Shown here piece after piece: positions 10,897-23,724 of a stretch of DNA of 64,000 nt (positions are counted from its first letter, which is position 1; each line of letters begins with the position of its first letter). The translations under genes and the position numbers were made by a program. The DNA is from Octopus sinensis. Its lineage: Eukaryota. The notes beneath the pieces are model-generated. The model saw only the letters and a program-made list of their open reading frames with translations. It had not been told where the DNA came from and did not search any database. The stretch covers positions 119,040,001 to 119,104,000 of the forward strand of contig NC_042999.1 of assembly GCF_006345805.1 (NCBI RefSeq), written 5' to 3'.

Positions 10897-11097
10897 ATTA
10901 TACTGGTGTTACTCCATAAGAGTTTGAGTCACTTCCAAACACTGACAGCAAATGTTTGCGATGTTGAAATACTGGAGCCAGGACATTTCATTAGAGTCCT
11001 GCCTACTTCTGTGAGGCAGGATACCAATGAAATTAAAACCTTCTGTGTCAGTTGTCCAGTATCCCTTCAAAGCGTTATATGCCAGAAATTCAAACAT
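10897..11097 (+). CDS. Candidate 201-nt symmetric (phase 0-0) exon: IILVLLHKSLSHFQTLTANVCDVEILEPGHFIRVLPTSVRQDTNEIKTFCVSCPVSLQSVICQKFKH
   Basis: Acceptor cactccag|ATT and donor CAT|GTAATT. It is open for 67 codons in AT-rich unique DNA. Joined to the ATG-9439 frame it gives a basic-hydrophobic N-terminus (MTSWLRTRRQIISYLIRCLLIILVLL). Family not recognised. Confidence 0.45.
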
Positions 11098-11389
11098 GTA
11101 ATTTAATGATAAATAATTGTACTTTAATACCTTATTTCATTCAGTAGCAGTACCCAACTCACCCAACTCCACATCTGTCTTGTGAAGGACATGTGATTAA
11201 GTTAAAATTGCTTCAGTTTATAAAATAGTTGAAAAATTATGTGAGGATATGTGTCCTGGGGATTGCCCTTACATCCTAAACTGGTGCTGTTGATGCAGCT
11301 GATGGCTTATTGTCAAGTAAAACAGACAAAGATTAGAAACCAGTGAATAGCAGTTTGGAGGTTGAAGAATTATAAAAAAATCTGTTTAA

Positions 11390-11734
11390 CCATTTAGCAT
11401 TTAACCTGGCCATATTCAGCCCAAATATTTTACCTGTTTTATGTTCAAATCAATCAGATCTGGCCTCTCACACCTAGCTTACAATGTCATTCTAAAACTA
11501 AACCATCATCATCATCATTTAGCATCCACTTTCCATGCTAGCATGGGTTGGATGGTTCAACTGGGGTCTGGGAAGCCAGAAGGCTGCACCAGGCCCAGTC
11601 TGATCTGGCAATGTTTCTACGGCTGGATGCCCATCTTCAAAATTTCAAAGCTGTGAGATAATATATGACCAAGTTTTAAAAATGTGAATACATAAGCATT
11701 ACACTTGACAGAGTAATAATCTGAATACTAAAGT
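11390..11734 (+). mobile_element. piggyBac-type TTAA MITE interrupted by a family A insertion (11504-11632)
   Basis: TTAA|CCATTTAGCATTTA start. The body matches the intact copy at 23496-23724 on both sides of the insertion. Confidence 0.8.
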
Positions 11735-14700
11735 GTCAAACAAGAAGTGCGATATACAGAAGGCAATACTCCAAAGTGGCCTTGACTGAGATAAGAAACA
11801 GATTCTCCTAGAGTGAAAACGAAAAACTGATGCATCAAGTTAGATTTAGTACACAGCTTGTTAGTTTTATTGGGACAGAAAAGAAAATACAGTATGCAAG
11901 TGAGTTAGTAATTGTGGTGGTATGTTGGTGAATGATGCTTATCAGGTACTAGTTGCCCTTTATTTTGAATGTGGTTTATGAAGTTCATGACAAGCAGTTG
12001 TGCGACCCTAGATATATGAGTAACATGTTCCAAATATTTAGCATCAAAATGTTACAAGGGTAACAAAATTTCAGTTTAATTACTTAACAAAAAATTTTAA
12101 ATGTGTATTCCAGTCATTGGCAACCTATGGCTTGTAGGATTTTCTAAAAGGTATACCTAACAAAAAGTTACTTGCAATTTTCTTTACAATGCAGCCTACA
12201 TGATGATGAGCCATGTCTCATGCTGCCTGCTTCTCACAAATGGTTACCCATGCTTGGTTTATTCCATGTTTCAGTAGAAGTGACAGTGTATGAGTTGTTA
12301 ATCTACAATAAGAAGAGTGAGAGAGAGAGAGAGAAAGAGATAATTGAGCGTTAAGGATAGATTGCGAATTGGAAAGAGCAACATTGAAGCAATCTGGCGC
12401 ATAACAGAAAGGAAGTCTCTGCATATAACTGACTATAAAAAGAAATTAATGAAAAAGATCAAATCGTCACTTTTGATATTTTAGAAGTGAAGGCAGTAGG
12501 TTAATATTTTGTAAGGTGAGGAAGAGGTTAAGATTCCTTAGCTTGTCTCAGTCAATCTACATTCTTTATTAAGAGAGAATAATTGTTTAGTGATCACAGG
12601 TGCTTGGGTTGGGCCACATTGTGAAGGAGATTTTAAAGTTCAACAATGATAAAGAAAACTGAAGTGTTTAGCACTAATATCTAGTTGTTTACAAAATTAA
12701 TGCAAATGATATCACTTAGCAAAAAAGACTTTGGGTTTGGTTCATGCAACCTACATTTGAATTCTCTCTGTTTTGTCTTTTAAAAAATAGGTTTCAAATT
12801 TTTGTTAGGGGCATTTCAGATTCTGAATCTCAAAACAAATTTTATTCTCATTTGTTTTGTAATGGATAATGTTGGAGCTTTTTTGGGTGCACCTAAAGAG
12901 ATAGATCATGTTGAGTTGGCAGCACAAAACGGTCAAATGGAATGCAATATTATAAAATGGAGCTCATAATGACATTTGATAATGTTATCATTTTAACCAT
13001 ATTTCTTATATCCGTCTTCAATAATTTGTATTTGTCTAACATATATTCTGGATGAGTTTATTGTTATTACTTTTTTCTTTTTTTGCAATCTGAAAATATT
13101 ACAAAAGTATTTTTAATATTTTTGCATATTTAAAATCTATGTATTTGCATGTTATTCCTTTTGTTTTTATAGTAGGGTTTGCCATTTTATTGTCCACTTT
13201 TCTATGCTTGCATATGTTAGACAGAATTCTAGTTAGACAGATAGATTTTCGGTGGCTGGATGTCCTTCCTGTCACCCTTGTTTCCAAGAAGAAGAATATT
13301 TCCTTTGGTCAGGCATGTTTTAGCAGAAGATTAGAAATGAAAGATACCGCTTATATGATTATCATACATGCTTACAGTTTTCGTGTTTCGTCAAGACAAG
13401 GAGAGAGAGAGAGAGAAAGAGAGACATGCACACATATATATGACAAGCTTCTTTCAATTTCTATCTACCAAATTCACTCACAAAGCTTCAGCTGGCACAG
13501 TGCTATAGAAGATATATCCTTGTGGCACCACACAGTTAGGTTGAACTTTAAATCTGTGAAAAAAACATGTAGTTTAACAGGGTTGGATGTAGTGCAGGAT
13601 CCAAAACTCTCACAGAACACAATGTATCATTAAAAAGTGTGGGTACCAAGTTCCAGATTCATTACATCTATTGTGTTTTTACTTTTAGGCAAGGTACATA
13701 ATTCTGTTTAGCACTGATGTAGGCTAATGCTTCATAACCACTTAACAATTCAAATATAAATGCAAAGGGTAACACTTTGTCTGAACAAGTAGGAGAAACG
13801 AAAACACCGGATATAAAATTAGATATGAAATAAAAGGTGTTTGAAAGTTTGAAAGTATTTACTTATTTATGATAAGTAGTTAATCTTAATTAACTTGATA
13901 ACTTACTTGATTATTTTAGGAATCTTATCAAGCAAACATGTAATGTTTTTTTTTTTTACTTATCAATGCAACTGCTCTACAGTCTTAGTAAAATAGAATA
14001 TTTTTGATTAATGTAAACCTTAAGATATTTCCTTAACTGATTTTGTGTCACGATTTAGGGTCTGTGGGATTAGTTGTTTGAAGTCAATCGATATAAGGAA
14101 AATGATCATGTAAGAAAGCAAAATAAACTTCTTGCTGAACAGGATTGAATGTGTGTGTATGTGCCATGTATATAACATATATATGTATATACTAGCTTAA
14201 AAGCTGCCCAATAGGGTAGCTTTTAAGCTAGCTCCTGTGGTGGGCTCTTCATTTGGCCTTGGGTCCAACAATGATACTTCATGCATTGAGTACATATTAA
14301 ATTTTATTTAACTTGACCAATACTTTTCAAGCAATGAACTATTTTCATCAAAACAATGATATAATTTGCTGACTTTAAACTTACTGCAAAGCTTCAAAAT
14401 AAACGTTTGTTGTCTTCCCATTTAGTGGGTCAGTAAAATTTTTTTTCTGTCTAGCCTTTCTTTCTCTCTCTCTCTTTCTGTTGATTGTTTTCAACCATCA
14501 CCAGCACCACCACAACTGCCATTCACACAACATTCAGACTTCTGACACCACCACTATCAATACCTTTGACTTCGCTGCCTCCCCCTCTACCACTTGCACG
14601 ACTGTCTTTCACATCGCTTACTCTCACCATTGCCCATGACTGCTTCAGCTACCATCATCACCGTTGCCCCTGCCTCTATCACAAATACAGCTCATACTAT

Positions 14701-14851
14701 TACTATCACCAGATTACCATCATAACCATCAGTCTACTACTGGTGTCAGTGAATAGTGAGAGAGGTGGGTCGAATTGTGACGCACTGACACACAAAAATG
14801 AGTTTTCGCATTATTGCATTAGATTTATGCATACACACACACCCACGCACT

Positions 14852-15231
14852 TATATATATATATAAAGCTGAAGTTGTCTGTGTACAGCAGGTTTGGTAG
14901 CCATCAACTAACACTATCTCCTCCAAGATCCTGTAGCGCAAGTTGACCAAAATTGAGAGTATGATAGAAGAAGGGTTGCTCTTCTTTCCATAGAAGAAAA
15001 AATTCAAATCGGACCAAAAATTATTTACATCAAAAAGGTGCTTTTTTTCAATGAAAATCACAATTTTTTATGATTTTTTGACTGCTGTGTCACCATTTTT
15101 CGGTGTATTTCAACCAGAAAAATGTTCACGTAAAGAGAATGATAAGCTACATAATGCATAATTTTTACTTTTCATAAATTCTAATTCTAAAGGGTCGAAA
15201 CAAACCCGAGCAACACCGGGTGATACTGCTA

Positions 15232-15232
<1 letters not shown>
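14852..15232 (+). mobile_element. Non-autonomous Helitron (different body, same 3' end as 7574-8079)
   Basis: 3' cccgagcaacaccgggtgatactgCTAG|T. The 5' end is TATATATAAAG followed by a gttgtctgtg-type motif. Confidence 0.7.
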
Positions 15233-15264
<32 letters not shown>

Positions 15265-16414
15265 GTGTGTGTGTTTGTATATATCTATATATAGAGAGTT
15301 ATACATATATTTTTTTTTTTTTTTTTCTCTCTAGTTTCAGCTCAGAGCTGTGGCCATGCTGATGTACATATTTATAATATTTATACTTACACATGCACAC
15401 ATACTTATATAAATGTATTTATGTATACATAGACGTACATACACTTAGATACTTATGTTTATATACACGTATATTCATGCACAAAAACACATCTATATTT
15501 ATATAAATGTGTGTATATACACACACACACATATATACATATATATATATAGATAGATAGATAGATATAGATATATGTGTATACATACATATATATATAT
15601 ATATATTGACTATTTACCAACATAATGTGGCTGTCTTGGAGGGGATGATTGTTAACTGTTGTTTTGCCCCGGGAAATCTTGTTTCCAGCTAAACAATAGT
15701 AACAGTCATCCCTTCTAGGACACCCACATTATGTTGGCAAATAATCTTTACTTTAAAGAACTGTTACTAAATATCTCTGTTCGAGAGATTTAGAAATTTG
15801 TGCGTGTGTGTGTGTATATATATATATATATACAATCATTATTTAATGCCCATTGTCCATGGGTTGGATGGCTTGACCAGAGCTGGCATGCTGGGGAGCT
15901 GCACTAGACTCCAGTCTGATTTGGCATATACATATAGGTAGATAGATATAATTCTGTGTAAAGTACTTTTGTAGTGGAGATCAGGGCATCCAACCATAAT
16001 GTATTGCTTTAGTTGTACTCGTTTACATACTAAATGTTACATCAACCATTATGTGATAAGATCTTATAGTACAGTGTCCATTTGTCATATTGCCAAGTAT
16101 CATTTGACAGATCTGTCTAGTCTGTGCCAACTTAGAAAATAGACATTGAAATGGTAATGACAATGATAGAAAGTGTATAAGTTACAGAAAATCAGAAAGA
16201 AATATTTGAGAAATGATTTGCTCTTTCCTTTGTTTTTTTTCTTTTAAATATTAATACTGAAGATATCTTTGTACTGGAGTCTTTCTTATAACATAAATAG
16301 AATTCCACTCAAATATTTCTTGGAGTGTATTTTGTCATATCACCACAAGATCATTCTCCTGATCTTAGAAGGACACACACTTTAGCATGACATGCCATAA
16401 TTCTTATCAGTGTT

Positions 16415-16852
16415 AAGGAGGTGAGCTGGTGAAATTGTTAACATTCCAGGCAAAATGCTTAGTAGCAATATCATCTGTCTTCATGTTCTGTGTTCAGATT
16501 CTGTCATGGTTGACTTAGCCTTTCATTCCTTCAGGAGTTGATAAAAAGAGTACCAGTTGAGCACTGGGGTTGATGTTGTCAACTTACCCTGTCGTTTGAA
16601 CTTTCTGGCCTGGCCTTGAGCCAAAATTTGAAATCAGTATTAAGTTCTTATCAATATGAAGGTGGTGAGAGTCCTTAAGCATACCAGGCAAAATGCTTAA
16701 TGGCATTCATCTGTCTTTACATTTTGAGTTCAAATTCTGCTGAGGTGAACTTTGCCTTTCATTCTTTCAGAGGTGATAAAATAAGTACCAATTAAGCTCT
16801 GGAGTTGATGTAATCAGTTAATCCACCATCCTAAAATTGCTGTCCTTGTGCT
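16415..16852 (+). mobile_element. Head-to-tail pair of family C (Nin/Deu-like) SINEs
   Basis: Two successive ggtgagctgg...gagttcaaattc...ttgcctttcat..ttcagg.gt.gataaaa..agtacca units. Confidence 0.85.
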
Positions 16853-17241
16853 ATGTTGCTTGGACTTGGTTTACTTTCGCCCCCCCCCTCCCCCACCATA
16901 TTTTCTTGCAAAAAATGACAAGCTAGACAACATATATATAAGTATCTTATGTAAACAATGGGCTTTAACATATTTGAATAGTGAAAGCGTAGCAAAATAT
17001 CTGGAGAAATAGCTATGACAGTTGTTCTGACTGTTTACTCACTGGATTACTGACTATATCAGAAGCAACATAAATTTATGATTCGTATTGGTAGAAAACA
17101 AGGGAGATAATCTTGCTCTTTTGACTGCATAAGTGGAATGGTGTTTTCTGATATGCACTATGTGTATTTACCAGATATATTAGAATAAATATTGTAGTAA
17201 GAAGCTTGTCATCATTTCACAAAAAAAAAAAATAAATAAAT

Positions 17242-18022
17242 GGAGTGGCTATGTGGTAAGAAGCTTGCTTCTCAACCAGATGGTTCCAGGTTCGGTCCAA
17301 CTGTGTGGCACCTTGGGCAAGTGTCTTCTGCTATAGCCTTGGGCCGATCAAAGCCTTGTGAATAGATTTGGTAGACAGAAGCTGAAAGAAGCTCGTCCTG
17401 TATGTATGTATGGATGGATGCATGCATGCATGTATTTGCATCTGTATTTGTACCCCCACCATTACTTGACAACTGATGTTGGTGTGTTTACATCCCTGTA
17501 AATTAGCAGTTCAGCAAAAGAGACTGATAGAATAAGTACTAGGCTTACAAAGAATAAGTCCTGTGGTGTTCCAGCATGGCTGCAATCAAATGACTGAAAC
17601 AAGTAAAAGAAATACAAGAAAAATATTCATAGGCGCAGGAGTGGCTGTGTGGTAAGTAGCTTGCTAACCAACCACATGGTTCCGGGTTCAGTCCCACTGC
17701 GTGGCATCTTGGGCAAGTGTCTTCTGCTATAGCCCCGGGCCGACCAATGCCTTGTGAGTTGATTTGGTAGACGGAAACTGAAAGAAGCCTGTTGTATATA
17801 TGTATGTATGTGTTTGTGTTTGTCCCCCTAGCATTGCTTGACAACCGACCCTGGTGTGTTTACGTCCCCGTCACTAAGCGGTTCAGCAAAAGAGACCGAT
17901 AGAATAAGTACTGGGCTTACAAAGAATAAATCCCCGGGTTGATTTGCTCGACTAGAAGCGGTGCTCCAGCATGGCGGCAGTCAAATGACTGAAACAAGTA
18001 AAAGAGTAAAAGAGAGTAAGAG
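17242..18022 (+). mobile_element. Head-to-tail pair of family B tRNA-headed SINEs (central microsatellite, aagtaaaagag tail)
   Basis: Units at 17242-17610 and 17632-18022, each with ggagtggctgtgtggtaag...ggttc.g.cc and ...gctccagcatggc..cagtcaaatgactgaaacaagtaaaag. Confidence 0.92.
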
Positions 18023-18107
18023 TATAAACCCACAACAAGAATCTTCTATTTAAAACAATATTCCACAAACTAGAGAAGCATTTTTTTGCCTTGAAGCTCT
18101 TCCAGTA

Positions 18108-18322
18108 TCTTTTCTACTCTAGGCACAGGGCCCGAAATTTTTGGGGAGGGGCCCAGTTGATTAGATCCACCTCCAGTATGCACCTGGTACTTAATTTATC
18201 GACCCCAAGAGGATGAAAGGCAAAGTTGGCCTCGGTAGAATTTGAACTCAGAACGTAAAGACAGACAAAATGCCACTAAGCATTTTGCTCGGTGTGCTAA
18301 CATTTCTGCCAGCTCACCGCCT
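18108..18322 (-). mobile_element. Family C SINE
   Basis: Tail reverse complement tcttttctactctaggcac; head ggcggtgagctggcag. Confidence 0.88.
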
Positions 18323-18377
18323 TTTATTGCTACCAATAACTTGTAAGAACAATAGATTAACCAGCAACAAGAAAATT

Positions 18378-18662
18378 ACTCTCTGAGGCACAAGTCTGGG
18401 TAAGGTTGTTTATGGAAGACCAGCAGTTGCCCAAGCATGACAGTCTCCCCTCTCCGTGACACTGATGTTATTCAAGGGAAAGGCAGAGGCTGATGCAGCT
18501 TGGACACCAGTGATGTCACAACCCATTTCTACAGCAGAGGGAACTGGAGCAACACAAATTAAAGTGTCTTGCTCAAGAACACATCAGCCTAATCTGGGAA
18601 TTGAACTCACTACCTCATGGTTATGAGCTTGACACTCTAACCACTGAGCCATGTGCCTTCAC
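18378..18662 (-). mobile_element. Family D tRNA-headed CORE-like SINE
   Basis: Minus strand: ggctcagtggttagag...gtgagttcaattcc...cttgagcaagacac...gttgctccagtt. Similar copies at 30520-30845 (-) and 45925-46255 (+). Confidence 0.85.
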
Positions 18663-18671
18663 TATATATAT

Positions 18672-19441
18672 ACTCTCTTTTTTTTTTCTTTTTACTTGTT
18701 TCAGTCATTTGACTGCGGCCATGCTGGAGCACCGCCTTTAGTCGAGCAAATCGACCCCGGCACTTATTCTTTGTAAGCCCAGTACTTATTCTATTGGTCT
18801 CTTTTGCCGAACCGCTAAGTTACGGGGACGTAAACACACCAGCATCGGTTGTCAAGCAATGCTAGGGGAACAAACACAGACACACAAACATATTCGCACA
18901 CACTTATATATATATACATATATACGACAGGCTTCTTTCAGTTTCCGTCTACCAAATCCACTCACAAGGCATTGGTCAGCCCGGGGCTATAGCAGAAGGC
19001 ACGTGCCCAAGATGCCACGCAGTGGGACTGAACCCGGAACCATGTGGTTGGTTAGCAAGCTACATATATATATATATATGTATTATTTGTTTCAATTATT
19101 TGACTATGATCATGCTGGAATACTGCCATAAGTTGAGCAAATTGACCGCAGGACTTATTCTTTGTAAGCCTAGTACTTATTTTATAGGTCTCTTTTGCCG
19201 AACTGCTAAGTTACCAGGATGTAAACACACCAGCATCAGTTGTCAAGTGATGTTAGGGGGACAAACACACACACATATATATACGACAGGCTTCTTTCAG
19301 TTTCCATCTGCCAAATCCACTCACAAGGCTTTGGTCAGCCTGAGGCTGTAGTAGAAGACACTCACCCAAGGTGCCATGCAGTGGGACTGAACCAAGAACG
19401 ATGTGGTTGGTAAGCAAGCTACTTACCACACAGCCACTCCT
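18672..19441 (-). mobile_element. Head-to-tail pair of family B SINEs, inverted relative to 17242-18022
   Basis: Units at ~18672-19063 and ~19086-19441. Confidence 0.92.
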
Positions 19442-20052
19442 ATACACACACACATATATATGCATGCACACATACATCCATACATGCATTGATGTTGAAA
19501 TTCCAATGAAGGAACTTTGGATCTGGGTTAGAAACCAGCTCTTTCTCTATTGGCAAAAAATCTTGAAATAAAACTGAACAATGACATACATATTCAAGCA
19601 GTTATGGCTGTGTGAATACAGAGTTTGCTTCATTACCATGTGATTTTAAGTTCTCAGTCATTGTTTGATAGCCTAGACTAGCATCTTTTACTCAAAACTC
19701 AGACCATCCAACCAGTAGTGTCTTCTACTATAGCCCCAAACTGATCAAAGACTTGAAAATGGGTTTGGTCGATGGAAACTTAAGGAAACCTATTCTATGT
19801 GTGTGTATGTGTGCATTACTATCTCCTGGACTTCATGTGATAGTTGTAATATGTCTGTTTATGGGGAACATTACCCTGCTTGAAAACAAGTGCAGGTTGG
19901 TGATTGGAAGGGCACCTAGTTGTAGAAAATTTTCCTTGGCAAGTTCCGCCCAACTTATTCAAGCATGGAAAAGTGGATATTAAATACTGATGATGATGAT
20001 TTAAACATGTATGATTATACTTTCATTATTTTTTTCTATCTTCCTTTCTTAG

Positions 20053-22586
20053 AACCTAAAGAAGATGACTCTAATATTGACATCATGCAAACTGCAAAAG
20101 TCCAGACTGCAAAAGGTTCTGAAAATATGCTACAGATGTCATTTTCAGAAATACAGCTACAGGTCATGGAAGGTCGGTGTGGTTTCTGTTTAAGCAATGT
20201 TACTCAGAATAAAACTGCTTCATCACTTCAAATCTGTCCGTCATCAAACCTGAATAAGCAATTAGATTCTGAACCTTATATAGTTAAACTATCCAAATTA
20301 TCACCCACTTCTACAGTGACCTCCCTTATTAATTACGTTGCATCTTTGAATGATTCTGGAAACTCTTGTGATCTAAACAATGGTGCTGGCATCACTGAAA
20401 CACCTCCTGTAAATTCACTTGACTCTGAAAATTCAGAAGATTTACAGAAATTAGTTACGCTAAATCAGTCAAGTGAGCAAGAAGAAACAGAGAAAGCAGA
20501 TCATTCTGATGCATCTTTAAGCAAGATATCTTCACAAGATCTTCAAGCGTCATCATTGTCCCCACTGAAAACATCTTCAAAAGTTCTTCACAATGAAGAA
20601 ATTAATGAAAGTAGTTCATTTTATGAGTTACCTCAGCAAGTTTCTCAAAGTACATTTTTGAATTGTTCCGTAAGTGAGACAAATGCAGAAGTGCTGCACA
20701 ATGTGAGAACAACTGCCGATGATCTAAAAAAAAATTTGGTTTCCACGGAAACAGAAGTCTGTGATTCTTTCATCGAAGCTCAAAACTTGGTTGTGAAACC
20801 TCACAAGAAACGAGGCCGCAAACCAAAACAGATGCCAAATAAGGCAGAGTGTAATCAAAATAAGAGTGAGTGTGATCCAAAAGAAGCTCATTTGGTGACT
20901 CGTCAATCAAAACGCATTATGTTACGTGGAGCGAAACATTTAGCTAATCAAGGAAAGAAGGGTAGCAATGTTGTTGCCTCTGAAATCCCCAAGTCAAAAG
21001 TTATTGACGTATCTAGTAATATTATGCAACCTTTAGAAAGTACAGCTGTAGAAAATATTACAACCTCAGGAAAGAGTACAGAACATATACAAGCTGATGA
21101 TGTAACAGGATCAAATCTTTCAACAACAGCAGCCATATATGATAAACTTGAGCTTATTTCCAGCAAACAGAAGAACGATACAGGCAGTGGCAAAATGCAC
21201 AAACCAGGACGTAGGAAAAGGAATAATGTGCGTGTCGTTCAATGTCGTTATTGCCAAAAAATGTTCTGTGACTACACTGGTGTGGATGAACATGTGAAGA
21301 AATTTCATGCAGATGAGTCTGATTTCTCTGAATATGTAACTGAGCTGAAGAAACTAAAAGTAGTCAAGTGTAGTAAGTGTGACGCTACTCTTCAGAACCG
21401 ATATTTGCTCCAAGACCATGAAGACCGTGTTCATTTCCAAGTTGATTCTCAAATATGTAGCCAATGTGGCAAGTCTTACAAGAATTTGAAAAGCCTCCGG
21501 AATCATGTGCATTCTGTTCATTATGTCAAAGGAAAATCTAACTTATGCCATTTGTGTCCTGCTAAATTCAAGTGGGCTGCCACTCTCAAGCAGCACATTC
21601 AAGAGATCCATGAAGGAATCCGCCAATTCTCTTGTCCAACATGTAAAAAAGAATTTTATAGGAAATCTCAACTAAATCGTCACAAAAGAATTCACGGTTC
21701 AGATATATCTAAGATGATTGTCTGCAAACAGTGTAATAAAAGCTTTTGGTTTGAGAACAATTATATTCGACACATGCGAATTCTTCATCAGCCTCAAAAG
21801 GAACTGTTTCACTGTTCTTACTGTGGGAAAGGGTTTAGTCAAAAGGCAAGTATGGTTGCACATGTTCAGTTATTACATTTTAATTTATACACTTTCACTT
21901 GCAAAATCTGTAATATGGGTTTCACTAGATCCAAAACGTTGCGAGCTCACATGACACAAGTTCATAATGATACTGATTTTGTTGTGACAAATTCTCAGCG
22001 CAACCGATTCAAATATAACCGAACTGCCGAAGATCTCCTTTATTGTACATATTGTAAGACAGGCTTTTACTACAAAGCCAAACTTGTTGAGCATATACAT
22101 CAGGAACACTTATCATACTTCCCTCATCGTTGCAATAAATGTAAGCAAGGTTTCCTTGAAAAGAAATTTCTTGAAAACCACCTTAAGAAAGCACACAATA
22201 TTGATGAAAGTATAAATTCAGAGATGGATACGTCTAATGAACAACCTGCTGAAGATATACCTGAAGAACTCCCTAAAGATGACATTAATTCTTCTGAAGA
22301 GTGCTGTGAAGAATTACTGCCAGCTGCAGAGGGTAGCAATTACGATGTACCAACAGCACCGTTATTAGTAGAGGTGTCGAATGTAGACAATACAATACAT
22401 TATTTGATTCAGCATACTGACCAGGAACATGACTCTGAGAATAACCAACAAGTGATTGAGAACATTGCTAGCCTATTATTGGTTGCTGAACAAGCATCTA
22501 ATAAGGAATCTTTACCAATGGTTAATATGCAGAACCAAACGGAATTCTTTCAACAGCTGCAATACAATGATACATTTCAAAACTGA
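20053..22586 (+). CDS. Large terminal coding exon of a C2H2 zinc-finger protein (AT-hook-like KKRGRKPK at ~20805-20828; 10 C2H2 fingers at ~21243-22196; acidic C-terminus)
   Basis: The ORF 19965-22586 is open for 873 codons and contains ten C-x2-C...H-x3/4-H motifs (e.g. CPTCKKEFYRKSQLNRHKRIH). The track ATG at 19965 lies in a repeat with an (ATG)n tail. A pyrimidine tract and acceptor (ttttttctatcttcctttcttag|AACC) place the exon start at 20053 (phase 1). The first in-exon in-frame ATG is at 20085 and the stop TGA is at 22584-22586. Confidence 0.93.
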
Positions 22587-23495
22587 TCACCTGTTGACAT
22601 TTAGATATCACAGGTAATTTCAGGGACTTCACCAACAGTTTTATAAAATATATACTAATATATATATTGTGTTTGTTGTTATTTCTTATATTACTTTTTC
22701 ACTGGAAGAAATATTTGCATTTTAAGTTTCTTAAACTCTCTCTCTCTCTCTCTCCCCACCCATTTTTACTTCGGTTTGTTTCTTTATTGCTGCCACTTCA
22801 GATTTTCCATTTCTTTTATCTTTTATATTTTCTTTTGTCTTCCCTCTTATCTTGTCAGATTCCATTATTAAATCTCAGTTGTTACAACAAATCCTGATGT
22901 CTCAGTTATTCATAATGCAGAGAAATGCTTTAATGCCATTAAGCAATGAAGTGAGAAATCTGTGTAAAAGTTTTGACTCTCAGGGGATTTCCATATATAT
23001 TACAAAAAGTCATATTGCCAACAAGCCACACTCGGAGATGTACATAGCAAATTACTTTCTTTACTTGAGTTAAATGCTGACAATGACCACAACTGTTTTC
23101 ATTTTATTAATTTTTAATATATAAATTGTGTTGGTAAGAGCTGTATAACTGTTGCAAGTAGTTATGTCCCTTATATCTTGCAGTAACATAGCATCTATGG
23201 TAGCTAGCAATATATATCTTGAATTAAATGATACTGCTTGGAACATTATCACATCAGTTTAGTCTATTTGGAACTGTTTCTCAACCATTTTATATCTATA
23301 GACGCCTTGTATTCCTTTCTTACTTATATGTATCCCTGTAGCCAGTCAGTGTTTTAAAAATTCATGATATATTTTTATAATTAAATATTGTATTAAAAAA
23401 GCACAATTGTAAAAATATTTTGTGTATTGTTGAAGTATAAGCAAATTTTAACTACAAAATCTTATGTGGACCCCAGTTGAGAACTCCTAATTTAA

Positions 23496-23724
23496 CCCTT
23501 TAGCATTTAGACCAGCCATATCAGGTTAAAATATTTCACCTGTTTTATGTTGAAACTGGCCAGATCCAGATCCAGCTTTTCACGCCAATCTTATAACATC
23601 ATTCATCATTTTAAAACTAAAGAATCACATTATTGAAGTCTCAAAGCTATGACATAATTCAGGATTAATTCAAAACAATATAAATAAACATTATATTTGA
23701 CTGAGTAATCTGAATGCCAATGGG
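23496..23724 (+). mobile_element. piggyBac-type MITE with TTAA target-site duplications
   Basis: TTAA|CCCTTTAGCATTTAG ... CTGAATGCCAATGGG|TTAA. Other copies at ~27006-27220 (-) and ~40555-40742 (-, partial). Confidence 0.85.

Noticed and set aside
13139-13633. 164-aa ORF
   Set aside because: A mosaic of AT-rich DNA, family A and B repeat fragments and (GA)n.
19496-19546. Hammerhead-like arrangement (ccaatgaagg...gaaaccag)
   Set aside because: The core reads CCAAUGA rather than CUGANGA and the stems are poor in this copy. Not supportable without a consensus.
19965-20052. ORF-track N-terminus of the 873-aa protein (MEKWILNTDDDD...)
   Set aside because: The ATG lies in a retroposon 3' end with an (ATG)n tail and is followed by a pyrimidine tract and AG acceptor, so it is intronic.
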